A DNA stretch of 63,989 nucleotides, filler included, from Bigelowiella natans CCMP2755 (taxonomy: Eukaryota > Protista > Cercozoa), in assembly GCA_000320545.1 (NCBI GenBank). It is 12 parts of 12 records of this genome, joined end to end, with 100 filler letters (N's around TTAATTAATTAA, not from the genome) between each part and the next. Parts side by side here need not be neighbours in the genome. Positions count along the whole stretch, not along the records: positions 62,928 to 63,989 come from ADNK01003673.1; 11 more parts are not named here. The stretch is one strand, 5' to 3'. The notes below the pieces were generated by a model that did not search any database, had not been told where the DNA came from, and was given only the letters and a program-made list of their open reading frames with translations. The translations under genes were made by a program, and so were the position numbers. Every line of letters begins with the position of its first letter. Positions within the stretch are counted from its first letter, which is position 1. Positions 62,928 to 63,989 of this stretch are shown here, piece after piece.

Positions 62928-63989
62928 AGGGATACGAAGAGTGCATCATCAATGACCCAGAACATAGGCGACCGGAAGCGGACTGGGAAAAGATAGAGTG
63001 GCAGATCAATGAATGGGCAAAGGAAGGGAAGATAGAGCCAAGCAACTCACCATGGAACGTGAGACATGTGCTAGCTAAGAAACCTACTTACCCTTTCTTC
63101 CGCCTGGCGCACAACTTCATCCGCCACAACCGAGTAATAAAGAGGATCCAGACACCTACACCAAGGATAGATGACGTTATTGAACACGTCATAGGATACA
63201 AATACTACTCTTCCCTAGATAAAAATGAATCATACATGCAGACACCCATCCACAAAACCTCCCGCCCCATTACCGCGTTCTCCAGCAGGCACAGGAAGTG
63301 GCACTTCGTCGTATTCCCTTACGGCCTAAGCATATCAGGGGATGCGTTCAGTAGTCAGAACTACAGGGCATACACACATGATGGGATGGCGTCTGTGTTG
63401 TGGGTGTTTGTGTTTGTGTATGTGGATGATGACATAATATGTACCAACACAGTCGTCGCTCAGATCTTCCTCCTGGAAAATATATTTATTAGGTTTGCAC
63501 ACTTCGGTTTTACTATTAGACTGCAGAAGTGTACATTCCTAGCTACAAGAATCAAGTGGTGTGGATATTACCTGGAGCAAGGCCGCATCACCCCAAACCC
63601 CGAGAAAGTAGCAGCACTACAGCAAGCCCCTAAACCTAAGAATGCAAAGGAGTTAAAGTCATTCTTGCAGACTGCAGCTTGGATACTACGTAGGTTCTCC
63701 CCTACCTACGCTAGGACTGCAGCTGCTTTTACTACTGCTTACCGGAAGGAGAACTCTGTAGGCCTCAGCTTCGCTAAGTGTGGGCCAAGGCTGGCCTTGA
63801 TGCCCACTTCGATACCTAATAAAGTTATGCAGCAACACCCTATTGAATGCTAAGCTAGACACTACTAGACCAGCTACCCTATGGACAGACTGGTCTAAGC
63901 TAGGTATGGCTGCTGTACTTACCCAAGACCAGCAGATCATACGGTGTGGGGGCAGGCCTGCACAGCAGCTGAGGCCAAGTACAGCCCTA
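62928..63989 (+). mobile_element. Second copy of the same Ty3/Gypsy element (RT/RNase H region)
   Basis: Matches ~50004-51069. By eye the only differences are a few single-base indels in short runs after ~63775. Confidence 0.93.

Noticed and set aside
1-63989. tRNA, rRNA, CRISPR arrays, telomeric repeats
   Set aside because: None recognised by eye; tRNAscan-SE/Infernal would be needed to exclude small ncRNAs.

Overview
Eukaryotic nuclear DNA from an intron-dense, microsatellite-rich genome, probably a protist or alga (the organism cannot be fixed from sequence alone). Twelve assembly pieces are joined by eleven artificial 100-bp spacers (N44-TTAATTAATTAA-N44). Most ORF-track entries are microsatellite noise, so real genes were rebuilt by hand from short exons. 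They are: an Aa_trans/AVT1-like amino-acid transporter, a DUF3431 protein, an RCC1-repeat protein, an orphan first exon of RAD6/UBC2, an SH3-like/RIIa-like/UVR-motif protein, a possible K+ channel fragment, a bacterial-type transglutaminase-like gene with micro-exons, a membrane protein with a p97-binding SHP box, a GNS-like sulfatase, an HMG-box/poly-Q protein, NEMF/Rqc2, a class II HDAC, a Kelch protein, and two copies of an atypical Ty3/Gypsy retrotransposon. The standout is 35313-36002. It is an intact, intronless ORF for a bacterial DddQ/DddL-type cupin (DMSP-lyase family) with a eukaryotic N-myristoylation/palmitoylation-like leader (MGNMCSC). It sits on the same contig as spliced host genes, tail-to-tail with the sulfatase. 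Exon boundaries and family calls come from manual motif recognition; no searches were run.
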